Source of the DNA: Savitreella phatthalungensis
Taxonomy: Eukaryota
Direction of reading: 5' to 3'
Assembly: GCA_051599415.1 (NCBI GenBank)
Contig: AP039706.1
Coordinates: 1 to 64,000 of the forward strand
Length of the DNA: 64,000 nucleotides
The notes beneath the pieces are model-generated. The model was not told where the DNA came from and made no database searches. It saw nothing but the letters and a program-made list of their open reading frames with translations. The position numbers and the translations under genes were made by a program. Of this stretch, positions 20,489 through 31,771 are shown in pieces (position 1 is the first letter of the stretch; the number at the start of each line of letters is the position of its first letter).

Positions 20489-23386
20489 ATGACGGCGCGC
20501 GCCGCGTTGCAACAGGTATACGCTCGACTTGAACCGCTATGCCACTTCATCGGAGAGCTCAGAGGCTGCCAAGTACCCGGAGATCCCGCAATCTTGGTAG
20601 GACTTACCAAAAATGCTCCAATTGAGATCCTGGAGACTTGTGAAGAGTGCTCGCTGGAAAAGAATGCCTCGATTCATCAAGTCATCGAGGCCGTCATTGT
20701 CCGACTAATCGAGACGGGTGACTCGCGTCATCTCTTGAGCAGAGGTTTCTCATTGGTGGCGTCCAATGAAGTCGTGTCTCATGCAGGCCAGTCAAAACAG
20801 ACCCTGGTCAACGAGCGTGGCAATGTTCATGTCGAGTCGATTCGCACCCTGCAGTGGGCACGTCTGCTGAGTGTCGCCACCCCAGCGATCTTATGGGCTG
20901 TCCTTCTTCATTGCGATCTGTACGTGGCTCACATCGGAGATAATTTCCAGCAGATATCCGGCCGACCGCTGCCCGATACTCTTCCACGCAAGCGTTCAAC
21001 GGGAGACGATAGCAGCCAGCCTGGGCGTAAGAGGCTGCGGACCTCGCGCGACATCGTTTTTCAACGATGTCGTATTTTCCACAGCAAGCCAACACTGGAT
21101 GCGGGGACCAGAGTCGTGTTTGGCCAAAGGCACTTGCACGTCCTAAACCGATTGCTAGGCAGCGGCCGAAACCTCCGACGCAGCGTACTTCTGCAATATA
21201 TATTCCCGCGTGAATGGGGTCTGCACAATGTCTTTACATCCCAAGTTGACAAGACGATCACCCACGCAAGCTTTCAAGAATACTCATTGCGTCTTGACGT
21301 CAATACAGAGTCCTGCCGACGGCGATATCCGAAGCGTCTGAGGAATGAAAAGCTTCTCTCCGCCATCGATAGCCTGTATCGAAGACATCATTCATGTCCT
21401 TATCATGCATTGCTACAGGACTACTGTCCGACACGCACTGGGACCTGCGGGGAGCTGCAGCAATTAGCCGTGCCAAGTGAACGCGTGGCAGCCTACATCT
21501 CGGCCGTCATTAATCGTGTTGTGCCGCAAGCTTTGCTTGGCGAGCCCTGTAAGGCGGCGCTGAAACGGCATCTTCACACCTTCGTCTGTCTGGGAAGATT
21601 CGATCCCTTCTCGTTGCATGATGCACTTCAAGGTCTGTCTCCAGATACCTTGCCATGGCTGCCATCTATCAGGGCGAGCAGAGGAGAGCGTGACAAAAGG
21701 CTGGGTCTGTTGTCCGAACTTCTGTATTGGCTCGTCGATAGCTTCATCATGCCTTTACTCCGCAGCACTTTTTACATTACGGAAATGCACGGCCACGGCA
21801 ATCGACTCTTTCACTTTCGACACGATGATTGGAGGACGGCTTCATCGCCTCATCTGAATAAGATCTGTTCGACCATGCTGAGTGAGATGCCTATTGACGA
21901 AGCCGTCAGTATTCTGAGACGTCGCAAGCTGGGGTCCGCGAAGCTTCGCCTGCTGCCGAAGCCACGTGGCATGCGTCTCATCATGAACTTGAGACAGCGC
22001 TCTTCCAGGCTAGACGCAAATGGCCGGCCAATGCGGGGTGAGAACGGACGCAGTATCAATGGTATCATGGCGCCAGTGAAAGCTGCGATCGCTTTCGAGC
22101 GCTCATCACGACCCGAAAACGGCTTTTCCGTCTCGAGCGTCGAGGACGTCGTCCGCAAGATTGCCGAACATAGACCTGCTCTGAGCAACAGAAAATTGTA
22201 CTTTGTGAAGCTCGATATCAAAAGCTGCTTCGACAGTATCGACCAGGTCCTGGTGCAAAGAATCCTTCACTTCTCTTCGGACAGTTATGTCCTTGGTCGA
22301 TACTGCCAGACCAAGGTCGATCGTCGTGGCCGAATGCTGAGCAGGTGGACTTGGCGCGCGATCGACACCCGCAGAGCTGACAGCTTTTCCAGCTTCATCA
22401 CTGATACTGCTGGACTCAAACGACACCGCATTCTCCTCGACGCAGCCCGAGACGAACACGTCGAGCGTGATACGATTGTTGGTCTACTCGATCAGCACCT
22501 GTGCATGAACATCTGCCGGCTCGGGTCCAAATACTATCGGCAAATACTTGGAATTCCACAAGGCTCTGTCTTGTCAACGCTCTTGTGTAATCACTATCTA
22601 GAGGCAATGGAATGTGCTCATCTGTCGTTCCTGCAGAAGGAAGATGACACCTTCATCAGCCGCTTCGTCGACGACTACTTGTTGATCACGCCGAGCCGAG
22701 AATCTGCTGAACGCTTTTTGCAGGTCATGCACACAGGCATCTCAGAGTTTGGCCTTGAGGTGAACAAAACGAAGACTGTCATCAATTTCGAGACCTCAGT
22801 TCAAGGTCAATCAATCGAGTCGACACATAGCCGCTTTATGCCGTACTGCGGTCTGCTAATTGACACGCACTTGCTTGACGTGTCCAAAGATTACGCAAAG
22901 TTCAAGTTCAATAGCCTCCAGGTCTCTCCGATCTCCCGCGAGCAACCACAAGAGACCGCACTGGCGACTATCAAGGTCAATTTGCGGCGAATTTTCGTGG
23001 AGGCGCATCTGGCGGGTCGGCACTCGACGACTCGCGTCAACATCTACAACGCATTGCTGTTGGCTGCTAGTCGCTACGAAGTGCAGATACTGCATCTCCG
23101 GCGACATAGTATGCGGATCTACGATTCTGTCATGAGCTTCGCCAACCTGGCCTTCGGCTTTCTCATCAGCCAGCAGGTCCGGGCCCACAGCAGCGTGCTT
23201 GGGCGAGAACACTTCTGTTGGCTGACTTTGCAAGCCTTTCGGGAGTTTAGCCGTGGGCGAGCGGGCTGCGTACTCAGACAGCTGCAGCTTGAATTGAAGT
23301 GCAGCGCCGCTGATCTTCGCATGCTCCGTCGTGTTATTACGAGCGATATGGCTCGTGCATGTTTGGATTCGCTGCGCCAAAAATAG
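20489..23386 (+). CDS. TERT: Telomerase reverse transcriptase, 965 aa, intronless
   Basis: GQ (NFQQISGRPL), IFPREWGLHNVF, CP (LLQDYCP), T motif (FYITE...FRHDDW), motifs 1/2 (LRLLPKP, RLI), A (DIKSCFDSI), B' (GIPQGS), C (RFVDDYL), E (YCGLLI). Confidence 0.97.
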   Translation: MTARAALQQVYARLEPLCHFIGELRGCQVPGDPAILVGLTKNAPIEILETCEECSLEKNASIHQVIEAVIVRLIETGDSRHLLSRGFSLVASNEVVSHAGQSKQTLVNERGNVHVESIRTLQWARLLSVATPAILWAVLLHCDLYVAHIGDNFQQISGRPLPDTLPRKRSTGDDSSQPGRKRLRTSRDIVFQRCRIFHSKPTLDAGTRVVFGQRHLHVLNRLLGSGRNLRRSVLLQYIFPREWGLHNVFTSQVDKTITHASFQEYSLRLDVNTESCRRRYPKRLRNEKLLSAIDSLYRRHHSCPYHALLQDYCPTRTGTCGELQQLAVPSERVAAYISAVINRVVPQALLGEPCKAALKRHLHTFVCLGRFDPFSLHDALQGLSPDTLPWLPSIRASRGERDKRLGLLSELLYWLVDSFIMPLLRSTFYITEMHGHGNRLFHFRHDDWRTASSPHLNKICSTMLSEMPIDEAVSILRRRKLGSAKLRLLPKPRGMRLIMNLRQRSSRLDANGRPMRGENGRSINGIMAPVKAAIAFERSSRPENGFSVSSVEDVVRKIAEHRPALSNRKLYFVKLDIKSCFDSIDQVLVQRILHFSSDSYVLGRYCQTKVDRRGRMLSRWTWRAIDTRRADSFSSFITDTAGLKRHRILLDAARDEHVERDTIVGLLDQHLCMNICRLGSKYYRQILGIPQGSVLSTLLCNHYLEAMECAHLSFLQKEDDTFISRFVDDYLLITPSRESAERFLQVMHTGISEFGLEVNKTKTVINFETSVQGQSIESTHSRFMPYCGLLIDTHLLDVSKDYAKFKFNSLQVSPISREQPQETALATIKVNLRRIFVEAHLAGRHSTTRVNIYNALLLAASRYEVQILHLRRHSMRIYDSVMSFANLAFGFLISQQVRAHSSVLGREHFCWLTLQAFREFSRGRAGCVLRQLQLELKCSAADLRMLRRVITSDMARACLDSLRQK

Positions 23387-23416
23387 ATTTTCGTAGCCCA
23401 TAACGACATAACGGCA

Positions 23417-24517
23417 ATGCTGCGCGTCTCGGCGCCTGGCAAGGTTATACTTTTTGGCGATCACTCCGTGGTATACAATAGGCAAGCCATCGCGGTCGCA
23501 TTGAGTCTGCGTACCACGCTCACATTTGAGCCTGGCCAGAAAGAATCTGGTCTCAGACTTGTCCTTCCTGATGTTGATCTCGACGTGACAATCTCGTGGT
23601 CAATGGTGCCCATCAGTAACAGCGACAGTGCAAAGCTTGATCGAGCTGCACTAGAAGCGATCGAGTCAGGATTCCAGGATCTAAGCGATACTAGTAGAGC
23701 AGCTGCGACGGCATTTCTCTATCTCGTTTGCCAGTTGGCCGACTCTGAATCACAGCGCCTCGCCGTCAGTGGGACATACAGCGTGACCTCGGAATTGCCA
23801 ATCGGCGCAGGACTCGGCTCTTCCGCCTCGGTATCTGTGGTCATTGCTACAGCACTCTTGCTACTAACCAAGGAACTCGGCCCGCCCCACGAGCACCTCT
23901 CCAGAGACGCGCTCAGTGTGATCAATCGTTGGGCGTTTGTCGGCGAGCAAGTCATTCATGGAACCCCTTCCGGCGTGGATAATACGGTTGCGACCTACGG
24001 GCAAGGCGTGATCTTCCAGAGGGGACATGCGCACCGGAATGTGACCATACCATCCCTTCCATTGGTCCTCACAAACACATTGATTCCTCGCAGCACAAAG
24101 GCACTTGTAGCGGGCGTTGCTGCTCTTCGTGCAGATCTGCCGTCTATTATTGAGCCGATTCTGGACGCGATGCATCAGCTGGCGCTACAAGGCGAGGAGC
24201 TGCTGGCATCATCTAGGGACGATGTCGTGACCGCCCTAGGACGTTTAATTGACATCAATCAATCCCTGCTGTCTGGTCTCGGAGTGTCACATCCCGCGAT
24301 CGAGGCCTTGGTAGCGCGAAATCGTGAACGAGGACACACAAAGCTCGTCGGCGCTGGCGGTGGTGGTTGCGTCATCACTCTCTTAGATCCAAGCTTGAAA
24401 CGAACATCTGACCAAGCCGTCGAGACAACTATGGACGAATATCTGGTGACCCTAGGAGGAGCGGGCGTTGCCGTCGAGATGTTCAATGGCATCAATTCTT
24501 CTCGTCAACATTGGTGA
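23417..24517 (+). CDS. ERG12: Mevalonate kinase, 366 aa
   Basis: SAPGKVILFGDHSVVY, LPIGAGLGSSAS, HGTPSGVDN, KLVGAGGGGC. Confidence 0.95.
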   Translation: MLRVSAPGKVILFGDHSVVYNRQAIAVALSLRTTLTFEPGQKESGLRLVLPDVDLDVTISWSMVPISNSDSAKLDRAALEAIESGFQDLSDTSRAAATAFLYLVCQLADSESQRLAVSGTYSVTSELPIGAGLGSSASVSVVIATALLLLTKELGPPHEHLSRDALSVINRWAFVGEQVIHGTPSGVDNTVATYGQGVIFQRGHAHRNVTIPSLPLVLTNTLIPRSTKALVAGVAALRADLPSIIEPILDAMHQLALQGEELLASSRDDVVTALGRLIDINQSLLSGLGVSHPAIEALVARNRERGHTKLVGAGGGGCVITLLDPSLKRTSDQAVETTMDEYLVTLGGAGVAVEMFNGINSSRQHW

Positions 24518-24847
24518 GCATGAGTTGGCTTGTGGCGACCATCTGTGGATCGAATTCTCCCATCTCCTATCACCCTTGTGCATTGGGACAAGGTTAAATG
24601 CATGATGATTCCTGATTGATGGCTCGCTCTTGCCGAGGTACCGCGACATTTAGCCGCAGCTAGATCAATTACCTAATGAATCTACAAGATCTGGATTTCT
24701 CCCCAGATGCATATCCAGGAATACCTATGGATATCTATTTATTCAATCCCCGCTCTCCGCCACAACGATTACATTTCCGTCGTGTGGTTCCGGGAAGGTC
24801 AAGAACTCAAGATCCGATCACCAGTCAGTAACTACACATCACATACC

Positions 24848-25759
24848 ATGCAGTCGAAGGCAAGTAAGCAGCACGATTTCGATGCAGTGCGCGCTGACCT
24901 ACGCCGTGTCCTCGATCAGCCTGGATACGACGATGGCTCCGCCGGACCAGTGCTTGTCCGCCTAGCATGGCACTGCTCCGGCACATACGACAAGGCCAGT
25001 AATACCGGCGGCAGTAACGGTGCAACGATGCGCTATGCTATCGAGGCCAACGACGCAGCGAATGCCGGTCTAGAGCATGCAAGAAATTTCCTCGAGCCCG
25101 TGAAAGAGGCACACCCTTGGATTTCATACGGCGATCTGTGGTGTCTCGCCGGTGTCGAAGCCGTCAAGGCGATGGGTGGACCTGACGTCCCAATCAAGTT
25201 TGGTCGCCTTGACCACACAGACGATTCCAATGTGCCGCCGAATGGTCGTCTTCCGGATGGCGCACAGGGCACGGACCACTTGCGCGACATCTTCTACCGG
25301 ATGGGCTTCAACGATCAGGAGATTGTGGCCCTTAGCGGAGCTCACAATCTTGGCCGCTGCCACGCAGACCGTTCCGGGTTCGAGGGACCGTGGGTCCCAT
25401 CCCCGACTCGGTTCTCTAACACGTATTTCAAGCTGCTATTGAACGAGGAATGGACTCTCAAGAAGAACAAGCAGGGCATTGAGCAGTTCCGGGACCCTGA
25501 CGATGAGCTCATGATGCTGCCGACGGACTACGCGATGATCAAGGACAAGTCGATGAGACCATGGGTCGAGAAATACGCCGACGACAAGGACCTCTTCTAC
25601 GATCATTTCTCGAAGGCTTTCGCCAAACTCATTGAGCTCGGCATCGACCGCGACGGCGAGGGCAACGTGATGAAGAAGGGAATGCAGTCAGGTACGAAGC
25701 GCGTCGACATTGAGGGACCAAAGCGTGATATTGAGGTCAAGCCGAAAGCACGTCTTTAA
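24848..25759 (+). CDS. Heme peroxidase, cytochrome c peroxidase family (CCP2 type, probably peroxisomal)
   Basis: [33 protein letters not shown]-terminal ARL (PTS1); start taken at ATG 24848. Confidence 0.9.
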   Translation: MQSKASKQHDFDAVRADLRRVLDQPGYDDGSAGPVLVRLAWHCSGTYDKASNTGGSNGATMRYAIEANDAANAGLEHARNFLEPVKEAHPWISYGDLWCLAGVEAVKAMGGPDVPIKFGRLDHTDDSNVPPNGRLPDGAQGTDHLRDIFYRMGFNDQEIVALSGAHNLGRCHADRSGFEGPWVPSPTRFSNTYFKLLLNEEWTLKKNKQGIEQFRDPDDELMMLPTDYAMIKDKSMRPWVEKYADDKDLFYDHFSKAFAKLIELGIDRDGEGNVMKKGMQSGTKRVDIEGPKRDIEVKPKARL

Positions 25760-25888
25760 GTCATTCACTATTCAAGTCTTCAGACATTCACTATTCATAA
25801 CTAAATTACCACCACTGAAGCCGTAAAATACACCAGCGCCCTGTCGAACCCCACAGTTCCTAGATTTTGAAGCTACCGTGCTTACCTC

Positions 25889-27913
25889 TCATGCCGCCAG
25901 TGCGCGAAATCCCGCCGATGCTCGTTTCTTTGTGATCGGTTTTTGAGCTGCAACTCCGCGCGCCCTCTTGTCCGCCGGTATGTGGTGGTTCTCGGCTTCG
26001 TCTGCACTACTGTCAGTATCGCTTGAGCTAGTCTCCTCGTCGTCGCCGTCGGACGAGCTAGCAAGTTGTGTCGAGTCCGCGTCGGGCTGATTCGTAGTCG
26101 CGCCAAAAACTCTTCCAGGTGACATTGAAAGCTTCGTCAGATCGTCTCTATGTCGCATACTTTCCCGGTGCAGGTTGGATAAAGAACTAAAGCGCACACC
26201 AAGGCTTGGACGCGGTGACCCATTTAGCGGGCTCATTATCGGAAATTTGTCCTCTGTCAAACCGATCTGTTGTATGCCGGTCGCTTGTGCTGGCACCTCT
26301 GAATGTGGGCCACTGGATGCCAGGTTATCGGCAGCGAGCTCGGCGAAAGAACGTGATGGTCGCTGATGCGATCCCGACGCGCTGGAGGCCGAAGAACTCG
26401 AGCTCGAGCTCGAGCTCGACTCGTCAGACGATTCAGACGTTGATGACGATTCTTCTGAATCGGCGTCTGCGTCCTTGCTGGTGCTTTTGTCAAGCGTATT
26501 CGCCGTCCGCGTTCTGTCCACGGACGCAAGAGAATCATCACTGTCCTCGCCGTCAGAATTTGAGGCGCTGACACGAGACGATGTTGGCTGTATGTCTGAC
26601 TCGTGATATCGGCTGGTGATATGACTTGGATTGCTGGCTGGAACCTCCACATCTGTCTTAAGACGAACGTTGGTCGATTGTACTACTGCTTTTCCAGGCT
26701 CTTCCTCATCGCTGAGATCATCAGACATGTCCTCAGATACTGCCGAATCCAGGTCATGCTGTCCCGAGTCAGGTGCAGCTATGCGCTCGCGCTCGCGCTC
26801 TTCATTGAGTTCACTCTGAGGAGTGATGTCCAACAATTGATCTTCTCGGGCCATTGCGCGAGTGGAATGACTCGGTCGGGTTCCGGACCTCTGACCATAC
26901 GTCACCATACGCTTCTTCGTTGGGGATGGGGTCATAAGCGATGTCTCTGTAGACGGCTTGATAATTCGCGTGACTGACGGGGTAAGGATGTCTCGACGCA
27001 CATCCAATTCTTCTGTCGAGAATACAGAGTGCTCGCCAGATGAGAGGCCACGCTCAGGTGCCGTAGTTCTCTTAGTGCTTGGAGTAGCGAAGACTTCGAC
27101 GACTGGATAAACAGCTCTCTGTACTGTCGAAGAGCGTGAAGCCAGTGGAAGGGTCGCCACTTCGGCCCTGCCTTGCTCGCTGACATTAGGCGCAGGTATC
27201 GCTTCGACGGCGCTTGGAGTCTTTGGCCCCGGCTCGTCATTGAGTGACTCAGTCAGTTGAACGGTATCTTCGCTGCGCTGCCGCTTCATTTCGCGAAATT
27301 CGGCAGGCTGAGCCTCTGCGTTACGCTTTCCTGTCCTCTCTCCAACGGGATCGCACGCGGAGTCTCCGCCCTGCGAGACTTGTAATTGTTGATCTTTTCG
27401 CTTCTTCCTGCGTTGAGCTCTTTTGGCAGCACGACTCTGTAGACTCTGTACAGGCGAAGGTTGCTGCCTTGCGCTGTCGAGAAACCCATAGTGATCACTG
27501 CCAGAGACAATCGATGGCGTTCTCGTGGCATTGACTGACGGCGAAGAAAGTTGAGAAATGCTTTCGTTTTGCGCAACGAGAGCCCAAGGCATGCTTGATA
27601 TCTCATCTGTACAGTCCTGGACAAGTAGGTTGAGACACACGGGTCTGATTGGAACAATATCCACTAATGCGATGCCAGGAGGGATCTGAGCCCATGATGT
27701 GGTGTATACACCTATGCAATTGAGCTGCTTTCGGTTTCTTTCCTGGAGGAGCGCCTGATACGTAGATGCAGCATTCTTCATGAGCTGCACGACATCGCAA
27801 TCTTGCGACACTGCTAGCTGCAGCCGTTTGCATTCTCTCGACTTGGTTTTCGAATGGATGCGAACTTCGACCGGTAACAAGACGCCTTTCGCCGTCATCC
27901 CGTTCGAATCCAT
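25889..27913 (-). CDS. Low-complexity protein, possibly Net1/Dnt1-like nucleolar protein, 674 aa
   Basis: Folded-looking N-terminal ~100 aa, Ser/Asp-rich tracts, FSSLSNL and C-terminal IPADKRA...KKRASAGFRALAA, reminiscent of Net1/Dnt1 tails. The ORF is solid; the family call is tentative. Confidence 0.5.
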   Translation of the reverse strand: MDSNGMTAKGVLLPVEVRIHSKTKSRECKRLQLAVSQDCDVVQLMKNAASTYQALLQERNRKQLNCIGVYTTSWAQIPPGIALVDIVPIRPVCLNLLVQDCTDEISSMPWALVAQNESISQLSSPSVNATRTPSIVSGSDHYGFLDSARQQPSPVQSLQSRAAKRAQRRKKRKDQQLQVSQGGDSACDPVGERTGKRNAEAQPAEFREMKRQRSEDTVQLTESLNDEPGPKTPSAVEAIPAPNVSEQGRAEVATLPLASRSSTVQRAVYPVVEVFATPSTKRTTAPERGLSSGEHSVFSTEELDVRRDILTPSVTRIIKPSTETSLMTPSPTKKRMVTYGQRSGTRPSHSTRAMAREDQLLDITPQSELNEERERERIAAPDSGQHDLDSAVSEDMSDDLSDEEEPGKAVVQSTNVRLKTDVEVPASNPSHITSRYHESDIQPTSSRVSASNSDGEDSDDSLASVDRTRTANTLDKSTSKDADADSEESSSTSESSDESSSSSSSSSSASSASGSHQRPSRSFAELAADNLASSGPHSEVPAQATGIQQIGLTEDKFPIMSPLNGSPRPSLGVRFSSLSNLHRESMRHRDDLTKLSMSPGRVFGATTNQPDADSTQLASSSDGDDEETSSSDTDSSADEAENHHIPADKRARGVAAQKPITKKRASAGFRALAA

Positions 27914-28459
27914 ACCGCACTTTGATCACTAAGGAATGCGCATCTCGCAGGCAGTCCAGTCGTCGCTTTTGACCACTTCTACGACACGGCCGTGGCTGTG
28001 GACCCTGATCGTTTGTGGGTAGGTCCAACGATGTACTCGAGTAGATCAAACTTTTCCTACGCTTTCGATCCTGCAGAGCATATGTGCTTCCAATTTTAGG
28101 CTACCGATGTTATCATCGAACGGTGCATGCATCCGCAGCTATGATCGAACGTGTAATTCGAATCAATATGATTTAGCATATGAGTTCAGCGCGGTACTCC
28201 CAACGATGTAAATTTCATGCAGTGCATCTCATTCAGTGCATGTACGTAGACGTCCGCACACTCAAAACACTGTACAGAGGATACTGTTCGATGCGTTGCC
28301 AGCAGCTCTCAACTCGCCCTGTACTGGACTAGATTGTCAAGCAACAAGTACTACGCCCACGCCAAGGCTCTTTCCGCAAGGCACAGAAGTGACAGACTAG
28401 GCCCTTCCGCGCATCTCACTGAATAAGCCGTCGACAGTACGCCAAGAAAAGCCAACGAC

Positions 28460-28790
28460 ATGACTGCTCTCTTCAACTTTCAGTCTTTGTTGATGACGCT
28501 GTTGTTGCTGATCTGCACATGCACCTACGTGCGCAGTTACTCTGCCAAATTCATGGACGCTCACAAGCACGGGTAGGTCATCAAGTTCCAGGCTCATATG
28601 GAGATTCGACGCTGACTCAGTTCAAGTCCAGTCGGAACATTTTGGAAGCTGGCGAGGATTGGTGAAAGGTTATCGCCATATGTATCCTTATGCCTGGTCG
28701 CCATGGCGGTAAGTCTCCTAGAATTTCATGGCTGTTGGCCTGCCAAACGTAAAGCTCCGTCTGACATGGTAGGTTTCCCTCATGATGTAA
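28460..28790 (+). CDS. KSH1: Kish/TMEM167 small membrane protein, 70 aa, 3 exons (28460-28572, 28627-28708, 28773-28790)
   Basis: Spliced translation [70 protein letters not shown]; introns GTAGGT..CTGAC..AAG and GTAAGT..CTGAC..TAG; absent from the ORF track. Confidence 0.92.
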
Positions 28791-28840
28791 CTGTACAATA
28801 CCTATTAATGCTCACGGTGTCTATACCTGCCAATGGATCG

Positions 28841-31195
28841 CTATTCATCCATGAAGTCACCGCCGTATTCATCGTCGCTGTCCTGATCTTCGGCGACGCG
28901 CCCAGCAACTTGGCCGGATTCGTCCAGGAAGTTGAGTCTGTTGCCAGTCACTTGCCAGATGCCCAGATCCTCGTACGTGGTCAAACATTCTGAGAGCTGG
29001 TCGTCCGTGAACCCCTTCGCAAGAACCCTGTCACGGATGGATCGGATTGCCCAATCTGCAATGAAGTTCTCACCGTCTCCGTTGGCCATGTCGCGGATGA
29101 TCTTGTACACCTTTGACGAGCTGGTGGAGTCAACGTCACGCGCATTGTTGTCATCGTCATATAGAGAGCTCTTGGAGACGCTCATGAGACGGAGAGCCTC
29201 ATCGACGTCAGCCGTCTCGACTGCGTCGGCAAAGCGTAGCCGCGCAAGAGCCTGTGCCATGCGAAGCACGCCAAGGAGGGTGCGAGGCGTGGTGTGGGCG
29301 AATTGTCGCTTGCTTCCCTGCTCGCGCTTATGCTGCTGTCTGAGGTTGACGTAAGCCCCAACCACGTAATGGCTGACCTCGCGTGGAACGGTGGGCCGCT
29401 TCTGCCGTGCGGCAGCGATGAATGCACGAATCATCCGTGGCTCGAGTGGTTCGAAGTCCATCTGTGGGTGGCGGGAGTGCATGTGCACGAACGCGACGTG
29501 CTGTGCGAGCCGCTCGTCCTCATCTCGCGCGGGCGTATCAAGGATCAAGAACATGAGGTCGAAGCGGGATAGCAAAGCTGCAGGCAGGTTTATGTTCTCC
29601 ACAGGCGAGATCTTCGGGTTGTACCGCCCATACAATGGATTGGCTGCAGCCAAGATTGATGTTCGCGCGTTGAGTGTTGTTGTGATACCCGCCTTGGAGA
29701 TCGAGATGGTTTGCTGCTCCATAACTTCGTGAATAGCCGTACGATCTGAGTCATCCATCTTATCAAACTCATCGATGCAGCAGATTCCGTTGTCGGCAAG
29801 CACGAGCGCGCCGCCCTCCAAGATCATCTCGTCCGTCACAGGGTCTCGCATGACCGCCGCTGTGAGACCGACGCCGGAAGACCCGCGACCTGTCGTGTAG
29901 ACCCCGCGAGGGGCCACTTTCGTAATGAACTTCAAGAGCTGCGACTTGGCGACTCCCGGATCACCCATCAGGCATATGTTGATGTCGCCTCGGATCTTCA
30001 TCCCGTCGCCCATCTCTTTGGTCACTCCGCCAAGCAGAAGCAATAGTAGGGCTTTCTTGACATCGTCGTGACCATAGATTTCTGGAGCGATGGATTTCGC
30101 GAGACGTTCATAGACTTGACCAGACGCCTTGAGCTCCTCTATCATCGTCTCGATCTCGGGTGTCGACTCTACACTGCTGTAGCTCTTCTTGTGCTGCCTG
30201 ACATGATGCGCCTCGATGAATGTGTCTGTCAGAAGGCCTGCGCGCACAGCTTGGAAGCCTGTGAATGGTGTCGGTAGGAAGATACCGCTAATATCCACAA
30301 TGTCTCCTGGATTGATTGAGCGGACGATGCTGCCGTTCATGTGCACGGTGAGCGACCTTGGAATGTGTCCGACTGGGACCTGATTGGTCAATTCCTGGAT
30401 CTTGACTTCCTGGAACGGCATGAACTTGGAAGCACGAGTTGAAGGATGAAGTTGTCCCTTTGCGTCATTCTTTTTGCACTCCTCAGCAGGACAGAGGACG
30501 AGTGGGGCAAACTGCTTTCCTCGGACTTCCTGGAAGATCTCGCTGCCGCAACGATCGCACGAGTACGCGTTGACGAGGACGGACGGCTTCACATCTGAGA
30601 CGCGCGTGGCGATGCCGCGTACGTTGATGTACTGACCGAGGTGTTCACCGCGAATTTCGCGCACCGCGAATGCCTTGCCCTTGTCCATGTAGTCGCCGCC
30701 AAGTGGCTTCAGGTAGACGTTGTAGCGTCGTGTTAGGTCAGCAGGAAACATCTTATCCAGCGGTACAGCTTCGCCGTTGACGGCTTCTGCTTGCAGAGTC
30801 GCATTACGTATCCGTCGCTGATGCATGATGACGTCCATGACCTCCTCGTCCTCCCTGAGATCGACGGTCGGCGTCGGCATGCTCTCGTCGATTGCACGAG
30901 CGATCAGCTCTAGATATGTCTTTGCATTGTTGAGAATATTATTGAGCAATTGCCGATCGTCGCTGAAGTCCTTGAGGTCGTCTAGCTCGACGATGACTGT
31001 GGCTTCTTGCCTGTTCGCGACGCGTTGGAGAACCTGCATATATTTGGGCTTCTCGCTGTCGAAGCGCGCCAGGTCTGAGGCGTCATCATAGCCGACAGGC
31101 GCTTTGCCCTTGAATCCTTTGAAGAAATCCACCAATTGCGTCTGCAGTCCTTTGTAGTCAGCCAGTTCCTTGATGTTGAAGAGTGCAGCACTCAT
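28841..31195 (-). CDS. MCM7: DNA replication licensing factor MCM7, 784 aa
   Basis: Zn finger [50 protein letters not shown]. Confidence 0.97.
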   Translation of the reverse strand: MSAALFNIKELADYKGLQTQLVDFFKGFKGKAPVGYDDASDLARFDSEKPKYMQVLQRVANRQEATVIVELDDLKDFSDDRQLLNNILNNAKTYLELIARAIDESMPTPTVDLREDEEVMDVIMHQRRIRNATLQAEAVNGEAVPLDKMFPADLTRRYNVYLKPLGGDYMDKGKAFAVREIRGEHLGQYINVRGIATRVSDVKPSVLVNAYSCDRCGSEIFQEVRGKQFAPLVLCPAEECKKNDAKGQLHPSTRASKFMPFQEVKIQELTNQVPVGHIPRSLTVHMNGSIVRSINPGDIVDISGIFLPTPFTGFQAVRAGLLTDTFIEAHHVRQHKKSYSSVESTPEIETMIEELKASGQVYERLAKSIAPEIYGHDDVKKALLLLLLGGVTKEMGDGMKIRGDINICLMGDPGVAKSQLLKFITKVAPRGVYTTGRGSSGVGLTAAVMRDPVTDEMILEGGALVLADNGICCIDEFDKMDDSDRTAIHEVMEQQTISISKAGITTTLNARTSILAAANPLYGRYNPKISPVENINLPAALLSRFDLMFLILDTPARDEDERLAQHVAFVHMHSRHPQMDFEPLEPRMIRAFIAAARQKRPTVPREVSHYVVGAYVNLRQQHKREQGSKRQFAHTTPRTLLGVLRMAQALARLRFADAVETADVDEALRLMSVSKSSLYDDDNNARDVDSTSSSKVYKIIRDMANGDGENFIADWAIRSIRDRVLAKGFTDDQLSECLTTYEDLGIWQVTGNRLNFLDESGQVAGRVAEDQDSDDEYGGDFMDE

Positions 31196-31771
31196 GATGT
31201 AGTAACAAGTTGACCGCGAATTGTCTTGAGCTTGAGCTAATTACAGGAAGTCGTCGAGCAATTTTCAGGCGATGGGTGTCCGGTCAGCTTGCTTCGGGAC
31301 TACGGCTAGCCTGATGACGCCTGATGACGGAGACTAAATTGATGCTGGCTCGACTTACTGCTTCAACCTACGGCGTAGATGGCTTCATCTATGGCGTGTG
31401 GTCTCTATTCTTGGTCTCTCAATCGATGCACGCTGGCTGCAGCGAGAGCCTGCTAAACCTGGAGAAATGCAAGTACATTCAGCTACCGCGCTCGGTCTTA
31501 ATCTTTAGTGCATAATAAGTTCGCGTCAAATTCGTGCCTTCAATTGTGCAACTGGCCAGAGTTCTGGTATGTCTCCACGTGCACGCCATGGCAACACATT
31601 CTGTATCGTTCTGTATCTACGCAATACTGATACAATTGACCGGTCACCTAAACTATGCTGTATGCAGAATACCAGTGTGAGCGTGCAGCTGAGACACTGG
31701 ACAGAGAAGTCTCGGAGAGCTATACATGATAAAGGTACCTGTGAAGCTAGCAGATTCACGCTCTGATATCT

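Noticed and set aside
20489..23386. Reverse transcriptase as a retrotransposon
   Set aside because: Telomerase-specific GQ, CP and T motifs are present; no gag, endonuclease, integrase or LTRs
24707..24847. 47-aa upstream extension of the peroxidase as a mitochondrial presequence
   Set aside because: Composition is not presequence-like; homology starts near ATG 24848 and a PTS1 is present
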